A DNA stretch of 64,000 bases from IMG/VR virus record IMGVR_UViG_3300005805_000065, positions 1-64,000 of that record. One strand, 5' to 3'. This DNA comes from a virus. Its lineage: Duplodnaviria > Caudoviricetes. Of this stretch, positions 42,937-54,477 are shown piece by piece. The notes beneath the pieces were generated by a model. That model was not told where the DNA came from. It was given only the letters and a program-made list of their open reading frames with translations, and did no database searches. The position numbers and the translations under genes were made by a program. Every line of letters begins with the position of its first letter. Positions within the stretch are counted from its first letter, which is position 1.

Positions 42937-43299
42937 ATGGTAAATATGAAACAATTGAGTAAATTAAGAACAAATCATCAAGTTATTGAATATGTTCGTG
43001 ATAACTTGATTAAACAAGGAAAACAAAGCCGATCGAGCTATAATGGAAACTGCAAGTATCGTGGTGGTGAAGATTACGATTTAAAGTGCGCTATTGGTTG
43101 GCTTATAGACGATAAATGGTATCAAGCATCTTTTGAAGATAAAAAAATAACTGATCTTAGAGTGCTTAGTGCTGTTGAAAAATCAGTTCCACATTGGAAA
43201 ATTGATATGGAGTTATTGCAGCAATTTCAACATATTCATGATCATTTTGAGCCAAATCAATGGGAGTGGCAATTCAGTAGATTGATGGTGGGGTACTAA
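42937..43299 (+). CDS. Hypothetical protein (QG.KS...CAIG family)
   Basis: KQGKQS...CKYRG...KCAIGWLI; related to 56826-57467. Confidence 0.55.
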   Translation: MVNMKQLSKLRTNHQVIEYVRDNLIKQGKQSRSSYNGNCKYRGGEDYDLKCAIGWLIDDKWYQASFEDKKITDLRVLSAVEKSVPHWKIDMELLQQFQHIHDHFEPNQWEWQFSRLMVGY

Positions 43300-44889
43300 T
43301 ATGACAGAAGTAAACGCATACCCAATGAAATTTAGATGGTTTGACATCAATAAAGCAGATGAAACAGGTGTGACTGTTTTACACGATTGGGTTAAAACCT
43401 ACGATTTTCAAAAAGAAGATAGTCCAATTGGATCATTTACAAATAGAATTGTAACTATTTATGTTTGGTCAGCAAGTGGGTATGATCAAAAAGAAAATCG
43501 TACATATGGTGGAATGTTTTCTTATGCTGAAGTATGGTGTGAAGAAATTAATGAAGTAAGATGTGAGCAATTTTTTGGTGAAACATCAGAAGATGATGCC
43601 TTTAGATGGGCAAGTGATAAAGCTAATCAAATGTTATACAACAACAACAAGGAGAAAAAATGAATACGTTATATCCAGAAGAATTGTTTGAACAAATTGC
43701 AAAAAATGTTCATGCTGATGTTAATGAAATGAGAGAAGATAAAGCAGCATCATTGATTGGCATTAAAATGTCAGATGAGGGTGTTGATTACGAAATTATT
43801 CGCACAAATGGTGACATATACAATTTGCTTGACAGCAGGACTACATTGAATAAAGCAAAAGAAGGTCAATATCATTTGCTTGCTGTATTGACTGCCGGTT
43901 GGGCAGCCCCAAATGATGATCTTGATGTTGCACCATCTAATCATCCTGAAAGAAAGCGAGTTAGGATGACATTGGTTGGCAATAGTGCAATTCAATATGG
44001 ATCAATATTAACAGTAGATGGTGAGCCAGAAGATATGTACGATAATATGAAAGCAAGTGGTTCTTTGGCTGTGGCATTTACAGACTTTATGGAAAGATGG
44101 AGAAACAATGACTAAGTTTGTCTTTACAGAAAATCTTATAAAGTGCGCTAGTGATGCAATTAAAGAACCAGAAGACTTTGGTTATTGGGGTCCAAAAGAT
44201 ACATTTGTGACTTGGGGTTTTTGTGGATTTGATAAACACAGAGATTCTGAAGCAATAGACAGATCAAATTTTAGAGTTATTTCTGAAAATTTGATGGAGA
44301 AATACCCTAATGATTTTCGTATAGAAACATATAGCCATTGGGCTGTAGGAAGTGTTGATCGATTACTATGTCGTGTTTTAAAAGACAAAGAACCCGGCGT
44401 AGTAATTGATAACATCACTGAAGCTTTTAAAGCAGCAATGGTGTGGCAGGATAAGCTACAAGAATATCCTATTGCTGATGAAGAAGACTGGATGGAACTA
44501 GAAAGTCTAGAAAATAATTATGAGGAATTAGAAAATGACTAGAAATAGAAAAAGAATGTCAAAAACATTTGATGACGTTGTTATTCATAAAGCACATTAT
44601 GACTACAACGCAGCAAAAAATGTTGGCAAGTTAGTGGTTGAATATCAAAGTGGTATTCAATATCACTATAGCAATGTAGAATCAAATTCAGTAAAAGCAT
44701 TGTTTGAACATAATGAACAGTATGCCTTTACAGCCCACAATAAATATATTGACAGTAAATATTCAGATAAAAAAACTGTTTATACAAAAAAGTGGAAAGA
44801 TACTATTGCTGAAGAAAGACGGAAACAGTATTTAGCAAAAAATAATGCAGCCAGAAAAGCCAGAAAACAAAAAGAAAGAGAGTTAGCTA

Positions 44890-45414
44890 ATGCCTAATTG
44901 GTGCGTTAATACACTTACTATTCGTGGAAGCAAAAAAGATCTTCTGTCTTTTAAGAAAAAGTTAGAAGATAGCAAAGGAAAAGACAAAACTGTTTGTTTG
45001 TTTAAAACATTTGTCCCAGTTCCAGAAGAATTGGAAAATACAACATCTCCCAATAGAGATGAAAAGCAGGCAAAATATCTTAAAGAAAAATATGGTTATA
45101 CCGATTGGTATGATTGGCAAAATGCTAATTGGGGAATCAAATGGGGTTGCTCTGATGCAAGATGGTCTGATGAAAAACCAATGAAATCACGGAATAATAA
45201 ATTGTTTGATTTAGTTTTACATTATGAAACTCCGTGGGCTCCAGGTAGTGATTGTCTTAAAGAAATATTTATATTAAACAACAATTTATCATTCTTTCTT
45301 GAATATGAAGAAGAAGGAATGGGTTTTAGAGGTAATCTCTTTGTGAGAAATGGTGAAGTAGAGCTAGAAGAATACACAGAATATATTCAAAACGACATAG
45401 ATGGAGTATGGTGA
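44890..45414 (+). CDS. DUF1281/YubB-like ferredoxin-fold protein
   Basis: MPNWCVNTL, NWGIKW, YETPWAP, EYEEEGMGF. Confidence 0.7.
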   Translation: MPNWCVNTLTIRGSKKDLLSFKKKLEDSKGKDKTVCLFKTFVPVPEELENTTSPNRDEKQAKYLKEKYGYTDWYDWQNANWGIKWGCSDARWSDEKPMKSRNNKLFDLVLHYETPWAPGSDCLKEIFILNNNLSFFLEYEEEGMGFRGNLFVRNGEVELEEYTEYIQNDIDGVW

Positions 45415-46290
45415 ATTATGGGTTTAGATAACATTCCAAATGTATATCCATGCCAGAAAAAAGGCGGGGTGATACTTGATAAAGATGGAAGAATTGATTG
45501 CGATAAAACAATCAATGCCGGCAGTTGTCCATGGAAACAAGAGTATGAATCAAACGTAATGGTTTCTAAATCAAAACCAACATACGGAATGCTAGGAACA
45601 CACTGTTGGTATCGTGGAAAATATGGCAATGCCTTGATTAGATTATTTGAGCACGGAGATTTTGATCCATATGGTGATACAACATATTCATTCTATGGAG
45701 AAGGCTTTGTTACTGGCGAAGAAGGTATGTCTCCTGAATATTGTATTGAAATGTCAAAGTGGATGGCAGAAAATACAGAAAATTTTGCTGAGAAAGCATA
45801 TGCTTACGCAGCATCAAATTCAGATTGTGATCCAAAACAATTAATTGCCGACTGGATATATGCATCTTGGTGGTTAAGTTTTGTTTCAGAAAATGCTAAT
45901 GGCTCAAAGATTTGGTACTAAAGGAAAAAATGTATAACAAAAAAGATATTGAGAATGCAAGTGTAGAAAACAAAATCCCTGATGGTATGTCTGACGAAAC
46001 AGATTTCGTCAACACATTACAAGAAGTGGCTAGTTTGCTTAAATCTACAGATTTTACAACACCAACTGGTCGAACAGTCCTTGGACTTAATTTGATCAAT
46101 TTAGCTTGTAATGAAAATGAAGAGATTGATGTGAATAAAGCAGTTAATGTAATTATATCAATGTCATCGCACGTCGCACAACTAATTAACTCTCTATCAA
46201 GTATGGAGGGTATAGACATCAAGAAGTATTTTGAAAGCTATCAAATTACATTTCTTGATCCACTAGTAGAAAAGCCGGTGATTCCTTATT

Positions 46291-46641
46291 ATGAACAGTA
46301 AGGTATTTAGTCCAATTAAAGAAGTATGGCGTGACAAAGCTGCTTGTAAAGGTGTATCAATTGATACATTCTATTTTGAGTCAACTGAAGAAAATAGAAA
46401 CTTGAAAAAGGAGACAGAAAAGGCTAAGGCTTTTTGTAAAGAATGCCCTGTTGCTGAGCAATGCTTGGCTTATGCTTTAAACGAAGATATTAGGTTCGGA
46501 GTATGGGGTGGTTTTACATCAAGAGAACGCGGATCATTACGCAAAATGTTTAGAACAGACGACTACAAAGCAGTTGCTAGTAAAGTTGTAAATAAAACTA
46601 TGCATATGATCAGGTACAAGCTTCAGAAAAATGAGCTCTAA
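46291..46641 (+). CDS. whiB: WhiB-family transcription factor (second copy)
   Basis: WRDKAAC...AKAFCKECPVAEQCLAYAL...GVWGG...ER. Confidence 0.92.
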   Translation: MNSKVFSPIKEVWRDKAACKGVSIDTFYFESTEENRNLKKETEKAKAFCKECPVAEQCLAYALNEDIRFGVWGGFTSRERGSLRKMFRTDDYKAVASKVVNKTMHMIRYKLQKNEL

Positions 46642-46851
46642 TGGCATACAATGTTAAGTCTAAAGGTATATCCTATACAGCTAAATATTGGTTTGCTCGT
46701 GGATATGCAGATTGTATGAATAATATTGATAATCCACCTAGTATTGAAATGCAAGAATACTTTTTGGAAACTTTAAAAGTAAATGTAATAGATGAATACA
46801 ATCATGGCAAAAAAGTTGCCGAAAGAGACAAAGTAAACCGTGGAGGTTAAT

Positions 46852-47817
46852 ATGAAAAATAAGCAAGTATCAAACAACAACAACAAGGAGAAAGTAGTGA
46901 AAAATAAAACTACCTCTAATCAATTAACAGCAAAGCAAGCCAGAAAGGATTTGAATGTAGCAATTGCTACTAAACACGAATCCCTCGGTGCAAACTTTGA
47001 TATTGGACACATTTCAAAGATGTCTTCTTTGATTAAAGTTTCTGATATGTTTGTTGATTACACCTATCAGCGTGAACCGTTGAAGGCAAAAATCAACCGT
47101 ATTGTAAAGAGTTTTGACCCAGATTTGCTTGGTGTAATCACTTGCTCAATGCGTGAAGATAATACATTGGCAATTATTGATGGTAGCCATAGGTATCATG
47201 CATTGATTGCTATGGGAATGAAAAACACAAATGTAAACGCTCTCGTTTACTTTGGTCTATCAATTGAAGATGAAGCGCGTATTTTTGCGTTGACTAATAA
47301 AGAACACACAAAACCAACGCCGGCACAAATCTTTAAAGCAGGAGTTGTTTCTGGAGATAAATCTGCAATTGCAATTGATACAATTGTTGATAAAGTTGGT
47401 GCTAAAATCCATTTCTCACCTGGCGCTGATAATATTAGATGTGTCGGCACTTTGCGAAAAGTTTACACAAATGCCGGTGGAAATGTGCTGGCTAAGACAC
47501 TAGAAACACTTAAAGCCGCGTACCCAAATAATGAAGAAATGTACAGTGGTCAAATGATTTCAGCAATTGCTTGCATCTATAATCGATACGGTAAGAAAGT
47601 AGATCAACAACGATTGATTGAGACATTAACAAAGATTGGCAACCCTTCAATAGTCATTGCTCAGGCAAAGGCTATGATTAGCAGTGGTACAGTCGTTACT
47701 TTCACTTCATTGCCATATCTTATTGTTAGCCGATACAATGTGAAATTGAAGACTAATCGCCTTACTGATTTCCCAATGAATTTGGTTGCTCAACAAGTAT
47801 GGACAAGCAAAGGTTAA
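46852..47817 (+). CDS. ParB/Srx-like N-terminal domain protein
   Basis: VDYTYQR...FDPDLLG...IIDGSHRYHA; SD-led starts at both 46852 (ATG) and 46897 (GTG). Confidence 0.7.
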   Translation: MKNKQVSNNNNKEKVVKNKTTSNQLTAKQARKDLNVAIATKHESLGANFDIGHISKMSSLIKVSDMFVDYTYQREPLKAKINRIVKSFDPDLLGVITCSMREDNTLAIIDGSHRYHALIAMGMKNTNVNALVYFGLSIEDEARIFALTNKEHTKPTPAQIFKAGVVSGDKSAIAIDTIVDKVGAKIHFSPGADNIRCVGTLRKVYTNAGGNVLAKTLETLKAAYPNNEEMYSGQMISAIACIYNRYGKKVDQQRLIETLTKIGNPSIVIAQAKAMISSGTVVTFTSLPYLIVSRYNVKLKTNRLTDFPMNLVAQQVWTSKG

Positions 47818-49168
47818 GGAGCCTTCTATGACAGACCAAAAGACATGCCAGGATCTAATCCAAGAAATGTTTGAATCTCGCAATAAAATGATTAAAGATA
47901 TGACAGCGATGATTAATGGCGAATTCGAACAAATGGTTAGCGAGGCTGTAGAGGAATTTATTGAAAAAGTAACTACTGCTAGTGGCGAAGAGCCTAGTGA
48001 AGATGAAGTAAATAGATTCATTGAAGAGCTACATAAAAACTGTGAATATACAGAAACCAGTCTTGATGAGTTGCCAATTGGTGTAAGCGTACAAAAGGTA
48101 ATTAAAGTCCAATTGAGTTGGGGTGGACCTGCTGATTATATAGAGATATATGTATCAGGTTATCCCGAACAAGAAGGAATTGACAAAGTTGTATATCACT
48201 ACCAAGACTGGTTTGATGGCGCGTCAATGATAGTTCCAGAGAATTCAGATATGTTTGAATATGCCGAATGGTTTATCGATATGTACGGTCATGAATATAG
48301 GTAATGTGTCTTGAGATATATACTCAACTTGGTAAGCAAATACAAAAGAAACGGCGTAGTGCGATTAGCACAGGAGAAAACAGTGCAATACATTGAAAGA
48401 ACAGAAATAGCAGGAAACGCAATACCAGACAACAACAAACATCCGGAGGATAATATTATGGAAGCAAATAGCAATTTAACAGTCACGATTCCAATGAAAT
48501 CAGTCATGGAGGCTTTGGCAAAAGATGATGCAGTAGTAACTGTGATCTATGACAAAATGAAAAACGATGTTAAATCGCTTGTCAATAGCAATTTGACAGA
48601 CGGTATTGAAAGCGCCATTGATGATAAGATGACTGATTTTGTTAAAGAAGATGATATTTGGGACAAAATTCAGTATGATGTCGAGCAGGCAATTGAAGAT
48701 GCAAAGCCATCGGGAGTTACTGAAGATTGGATTGAGTCTAATCTTGACTCGTATGTAGGACAAAACCCAGACAATCTTTGTTCACTTGGTAGATCGGTTT
48801 GGAATGCTATTTGCCACACAATTGGCAGTGATATTTCACTTCATTTAGATAAAGTTAAAAATGGCAGTGTTGATTTCAATAAGCTGACTGGCTTGGACAC
48901 AGCTGTAATTGATTTAGTTAAGCTAATCACAGTCGTATCTGAAAATGTTACCAAGAAAGTCATTGAAGAAGAAAAGCAAAAGTATCTTGCTAATCGTGAG
49001 CAATATCTGGCTGATGGGCAAGCAGTTTATGGAATGAATCCAGAATTTAGTGTTTCGGACATTCGTGAATTTATTGATAGACTCGATATTCCTTCTTCAA
49101 CAAAAGCTTATCTTCAGAATGAATTTATCAATACAACAAAGCAATTACGCTCTAAGTAAAGGAGATAT

Positions 49169-50821
49169 ATGTATATCAAGGTATGGAATAAATCAGACGG
49201 GGTAAACAGGCTTCATTTGCAATATCTTGGTCTGTCTACTAAACGTGATGATGATTCAACTATTGGTCAATTTGGATCCGGTATTAAATACGCACCAATT
49301 TTGGCACTTAGAAAAGATATCGACTTTGTAATCGTTGGCAAAGACGATGACGGTGAATATCAGCTTAAGTATGATACAGTCAACGATAAAGGGATTGAAG
49401 TAGTCTATTACGACTATGGAACATACAAAGTTCCATCTTCATTTACAGTTGATGCCGGCAAACTTTCTTGGGAAAATGAATTTCAAATTTACCGAGAAGT
49501 TGTAAGCAATGCCAAAGACAGCGTTGAATCTAGCTCAGATTGGGGTATAGAGCTAGTAGAAAATGTTGAATTTGTTGACGGGCAATTTTCTGTATTTATT
49601 GAAGCAACTCGTGAAATCAGAGATATAGTCAAAAAGCATGACTATTATTACTGCGACAAAGCAACCGTTCTTCATACGTATGAAAACGATATTGCAGTGC
49701 TTAAAAATAATTACGGTAACACAGCTATCTATTGCAAGACTGTATTGGTTCATGAAGATGAAGCTACAAGTTTCTTTCATTACAATGTTAAATCAGCAAG
49801 ATTGAATGAAGAGCGAAAACTCTCGAGCTATTACAGCCTTCAATATGATCTTGGTAAAGCAATCATTTCAATAACAAATGAAGAAGCGATTGATCAAGTA
49901 TTAGAAAATGTTATTGGTGAAAATCCAATCGACGGTTCATCATTGGAATTCTGGTCATTTCCTAATACAATTTATGAGTACAATAAGGCTAGCAAAGTCT
50001 GGCAAGAAAGATTTGTCAATAAGTTTGGCGAGAAAGCCGTATTGCTCAACGCTCTTGAATATTTAATGCCCGGTGTTGAAAGAAAAGTTAGGGAGCTTGG
50101 CTATGTTTCAATCAATTGTAAATCAGATAATCTCTACACGATCTTAAAAAGTGCAAAAGTTAAAACACTTTCTGAGATTGCCGGTCAAGAACTGAACTAT
50201 GAGCTTTATTACGATTATGAAAAGTATCCAAATTTTTCTCAGGCTTTAAAGATTGTGAATAGCTATGAATCACAGTTTTCTAGCATGAAGAAAAAAGTAG
50301 CGTTGTTTACACCAGAATCCTCAGAAATACTTGGTCTGACTATTAACGTTAAAAAACCAATGACCGAGAGGCAAATACTGATATCAATACCTCATGCTAA
50401 AACTGGTAGCGTAGAAGCTTTGGTTGCTACTCTAATACACGAATACGATCATTATACAACAGGTATGAGTGATAGTCACCCAGATTTTAGAAACTTGGCA
50501 GATACAAGAATTGGTGCATTGATGGTTGAAAACTATAAGCCAAATGTTTTGTCTACCGAGAAAGGAAGTCGCGATATTAAAATTAATATATCAGACTTGC
50601 CTTATGTACAAGGATTGAACTTCAAGATTCAGAAATCAGAGATTCTTGATGGCTCAATTGTTAGCGTAGGGAATAAAAACTTCTTGGTAAAGTCAGAACA
50701 AATCACAGGCAACCTTGTTGGTAGCCTAAAACCAAGCGAAGATAATGTGTCTCTATCTATTACAAACGCATTCTTTAATCCACTAGAAGATGATAGCATT
50801 ACCATCAGGGAGATTAAATGA
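49169..50821 (+). CDS. GHKL-type ATPase (MPN635-like N-terminus) with C-terminal HExxH metallopeptidase-like motif
   Basis: LGLSTKRDD..TIGQFGSGIKYA; REVVSNAKD; LIHEYDH. Confidence 0.65.
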   Translation: MYIKVWNKSDGVNRLHLQYLGLSTKRDDDSTIGQFGSGIKYAPILALRKDIDFVIVGKDDDGEYQLKYDTVNDKGIEVVYYDYGTYKVPSSFTVDAGKLSWENEFQIYREVVSNAKDSVESSSDWGIELVENVEFVDGQFSVFIEATREIRDIVKKHDYYYCDKATVLHTYENDIAVLKNNYGNTAIYCKTVLVHEDEATSFFHYNVKSARLNEERKLSSYYSLQYDLGKAIISITNEEAIDQVLENVIGENPIDGSSLEFWSFPNTIYEYNKASKVWQERFVNKFGEKAVLLNALEYLMPGVERKVRELGYVSINCKSDNLYTILKSAKVKTLSEIAGQELNYELYYDYEKYPNFSQALKIVNSYESQFSSMKKKVALFTPESSEILGLTINVKKPMTERQILISIPHAKTGSVEALVATLIHEYDHYTTGMSDSHPDFRNLADTRIGALMVENYKPNVLSTEKGSRDIKINISDLPYVQGLNFKIQKSEILDGSIVSVGNKNFLVKSEQITGNLVGSLKPSEDNVSLSITNAFFNPLEDDSITIREIK

Positions 50822-51285
50822 GTGAAAAACAGATTGTATTAGGTATTACGACACTACTTATTTTAATTGGGATTGGTGTTAGTGCCGGTTTGTTATTTGT
50901 CCTGCCAGTTATAGTGTTATTACTGTATTGTGGTAAAGGATTGTAAATGCCAAAATTTGATAACTACTATGTTGTTGAATACCGTTTCCCAATTAAAGTA
51001 GAAGATACATCTACTGTTATTGAAGCTGTAGCAATTGCTAATAGGATTTGCGAAAGATTGCACGGTTTTAAACCAGACAACTGGAACGCAAGAATATTTG
51101 AGTATTCTGTCGGGGAAAAGCAGCCTGGTATAGTTAAAGAATACTTTTACAATCCACATTCTGTAACGGTCAGAGAGATAACAAAAAATGTCGCTTACCA
51201 TAATGATCTTATTCAAAAAGGTGAAACTCCGGTTGACATTGTGGAATTAACAAAGCAAATGGAAGAAGAAGTGGAATAGGTATTA

Positions 51286-51358
51286 GGGTGTGTAGCCCAA
51301 CGGCAGAGGCAATTGACTTAAAATCAATAAAGTGTGGGTTCGAAACCCACCACACCCA
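51286..51358 (+). tRNA. tRNA-Leu(UAA) with short variable loop
   Basis: GGGTGTG/CACACCC-A; ATTGA-CTTAAAA-TCAAT; GTGGG-TTCGAAA-CCCAC. Confidence 0.9.
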
Positions 51359-51945
51359 CGTATGAAAAGACAAATCATACCCACAAAAATGAAAGAAATT
51401 ACAACACAAATTAAAGATCAAGGAGGAGACATATATTCATTTAAATATGTAGCTGAGTATCTTACTCGACAAAATGAGATAACTATGCTAGAATGGTTAA
51501 TCTCTAATCGAGAAGTATACACTTATTATGTTATTAGTGAGTATAGGTAAAATATTATGAATCACACAGACGAGTTTCTCTATACAGATATTGCGTTGCA
51601 ACTCTTTAGCACATTTGCTAACGCAGATAGAAATGAGCCGGAGGAGAATAAAGTAATCTTAGAAACTTTATTTCAATCACTTCAAAACGACTATGGAGAT
51701 AATCCATTTTTCATGCCGGCATTAATATATGCTTTTATGACGCATATGAACATTGTGTTTTCTGAAATTGCAAAGGCAAATGACGCTGATATCTATGATA
51801 TTAGATCAGAGTATATTAACCATTATAACCAAATGGTAAGACCATTATTGTCTGAAAGCATCTCAAATAGACCAAGTATGCACAAAGAGATTATGACTCT
51901 TTTAAGCATAGATGAAGAGTGGGAAGAGAATAGCTAATAGCCAAG

Positions 51946-52022
51946 GCTGGCGTATACCCTCACTCTTATAAAGTGTAGAAAGGTTAACTGGTGACATATG
52001 GGTTCAAGTCCCATCGCCAGCA
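51946..52022 (+). tRNA. Non-canonical tRNA-Ile(UAU)-like RNA
   Basis: GCTGGCG/CGCCAGC-A acceptor; ATGGG-TTCAAGT-CCCAT T arm; CACT-CTTATAA-AGTG anticodon arm; no D arm in the normal position. Confidence 0.7.
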
Positions 52023-52164
52023 CTTATAGTAAAACTAAATAACGGAGGTTATGTATAGGATGAAACACAAAAAGGCGTAAGTAAAGTTGTTGATTTACTG
52101 ACGTTTCTTTTCTTAGAAATGCTAATGCGTTACAACGCAAAACCTAAACTATGGAGGAAATATT

Positions 52165-52689
52165 ATGTTTCAATCACAGCCTTATATAGCAATTATAGGC
52201 TTATTATACGGTGCTTTTACAGGTGCTGTAATTACAAAAACAGTAGTAGATGACAACCACAAAAAGCAACAAGTAATTGAAGTTGTTATTGTTGAAGAAA
52301 CAACCGCAACGACATCAACTATTGCACCAACTACTACATCAACATTACCTATGGCAGAAGTGCCGCAATCAACAAAGAGTAGAATCCCACAAGACAAAAC
52401 GCAAAGATGTCCTGAATGGGAGTCTAAATTTGTTGAGTATGGGTTGCCACCAAAGCTATTTTCATATATAGCTTGGCGAGAAAGTAGATGTAATCCTAAA
52501 GCTCATAACACCACTTTGAACAAAGATGGTTCACAAGATCTAGGATTACTGCAAGTTAATTCTACTTGGATAACAGTTACAAAAAATATTTGCGGAACAT
52601 CTATTGATGGTCTCTTTAATGTCGATTGTAACTTAAGAGTATCTAAGTATTTATACGAAAATGGTGGCGCTGGTCACTGGTCATTATAA
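52165..52689 (+). CDS. Membrane-anchored lytic transglycosylase (SLT/lysozyme-like)
   Basis: N-terminal hydrophobic segment, Thr-rich linker, IAWRESRCNP...DLGLLQVNSTW. Confidence 0.8.
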   Translation: MFQSQPYIAIIGLLYGAFTGAVITKTVVDDNHKKQQVIEVVIVEETTATTSTIAPTTTSTLPMAEVPQSTKSRIPQDKTQRCPEWESKFVEYGLPPKLFSYIAWRESRCNPKAHNTTLNKDGSQDLGLLQVNSTWITVTKNICGTSIDGLFNVDCNLRVSKYLYENGGAGHWSL

Positions 52690-53314
52690 CAACAAAAGAA
52701 AGAAGTAAAAAACATGGGTTACTATGTTAGTATTGATTACTGCTCATCACCAAATGATGTGTTTATCAAAAAGGAAAATTTTGCTGAAGCATATAGCAAC
52801 TTATGCTGGCTAAATACTAATCCGGAATTTGATATAATGAAATCAGGTGGATCATATAGTGGTGAAGGTGATGCTCGTCATAAAAGACCTGATGGGCTAG
52901 ATTATCATCCAAATAAATGGTTCAGCTGGATGCCAGCAGACTATCACAAAATATACAAAACTCTGCAAGAGATATTAAACGCAATTGGTTTTCATATCAC
53001 AGAGGAACCAAATGTGGGAATTGTATCGCTTGACTATTCAAACAAAACTGGCAATGAAGATATTTTTCTTTGTGCCTTAGCCCCATTTATTGAATCCGGC
53101 TCAGAAATAACTTGGGTCGGTGAAGATAATGAAAGATGGAAACACACTTTTAAAAATGGAAAAATGTACTTCCATCGATCCAAAATTCTTTACACAAAAG
53201 AAGGAAGCTGGGTCTCATTAGAAGGGCATAGAAAACAGGCAACAGACCAGGATGAATTCTTGGCTGAAATGTCAGCAAAGATGCAACAGCAATCATCTAA
53301 ATAATATCCCCCTG

Positions 53315-53365
53315 AATACCACACAAAATAATAAAGCGCTGTGACGCTTTATTTTGTGTGGTATT
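53315..53365. terminator. Long inverted repeat / probable bidirectional terminator before tRNA-Arg
   Basis: AATACCACACAAAAT(aat)AAAGCG-ctgtga-CGCTTTATTTTGTGTGGTATT. Confidence 0.65.
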
Positions 53366-53369
53366 TTTT

Positions 53370-53443
53370 GTTTCCGTAGCTCAATTGGATAGAGCAACTC
53401 ACTTCTAATGAGTAGGTTATAGGTTCAAGTCCTATCGGAAACG
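53370..53443 (+). tRNA. tRNA-Arg(UCU)
   Basis: GTTTCCG/CGGAAAC-G; ACTCA-CTTCTAA-TGAGT; ATAGG-TTCAAGT-CCTAT. Confidence 0.93.
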
Positions 53444-53465
53444 CTACCAAAAACAAAGGAGAAAT

Positions 53466-53843
53466 ATGAAGCATATACTTGTTAAAACAAATGGTGAATT
53501 TTCAGTGTATGAAGGTCAGCATGAAACTTTAACACTTGATGAATGCAATAAACTAATAAACGGCTGGATTGAAATAGTAGATCTTGCTAGAGAAGAAAAT
53601 GAATTATTCCCAGATAACTCTATGTTTATTGTTGATGAAGAAGGATTGATTAAAGGTCTAGGTATCAATGTTTTTGCAGCTTGGAGAACAAATAGAATAA
53701 TTGTTGGAGATGTTATTCTTACAAAAGGAGATGGAGGAGGTGAAATAATTGGTTTTGACGACAGTGAAATAGAAAGAGTTATGTCATTAATTAAAAACTT
53801 TGAAGGTATCTTAAACTCAGGAGAGCAAAATGGAGAAAAATAA
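53466..53843 (+). CDS. DUF3846-like protein
   Basis: TLDEC.KLINGWIEIV...IVDEEGL....IN..A...IVGDVIL. Confidence 0.7.
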   Translation: MKHILVKTNGEFSVYEGQHETLTLDECNKLINGWIEIVDLAREENELFPDNSMFIVDEEGLIKGLGINVFAAWRTNRIIVGDVILTKGDGGGEIIGFDDSEIERVMSLIKNFEGILNSGEQNGEK

Positions 53844-54477
53844 TTACGCAATCATACTATGGCATAACGATAAAATATTACAAGTCAGAACGCTGTATTC
53901 TGATCATCAATATGTAGTAGATCAAGTCAACTATATGAAATCAATCAAAGGTACGCAAATAACAGATTTTTCTGTAGTAAAAACTGTGTCGCATTATGTG
54001 CCAAATGATAGTGACATTTATGAGGAAGATATTGTATGAATTGTCCGGGATGCAATCAAGTAAACGGTGTATTTACAATAATGGGAATGACAGCCCATTT
54101 TAATTGTAGATACTGCGGCTGGTGGTATAAATTACCAGTCGATAGTTTAACAGAATATTGGACTGACTATGAATACCCAGAAGAATACGAGGAATGATTA
54201 TGGCAGAAGAGCACGGAAATATTGATAGAACAGAATATTATTACGTCATCAAAGCTTGGCAAGATGAAAGTGGTAATAAACATTATCTATTTGATCATGA
54301 TCAATGTGCTGCTGTATTTCCAGATGGTGCAGTATGGAATAATAAAATTGGTCAATGGAATGTTGTAGAAAACAGCAACCTTGATCAGGAATTTTGTGAT
54401 GAGATATGGGAGAAATTGAATATGGATAACGCATTAATACAAATAAACTATTGGTCAACAACAACGGAGGATAAAAA

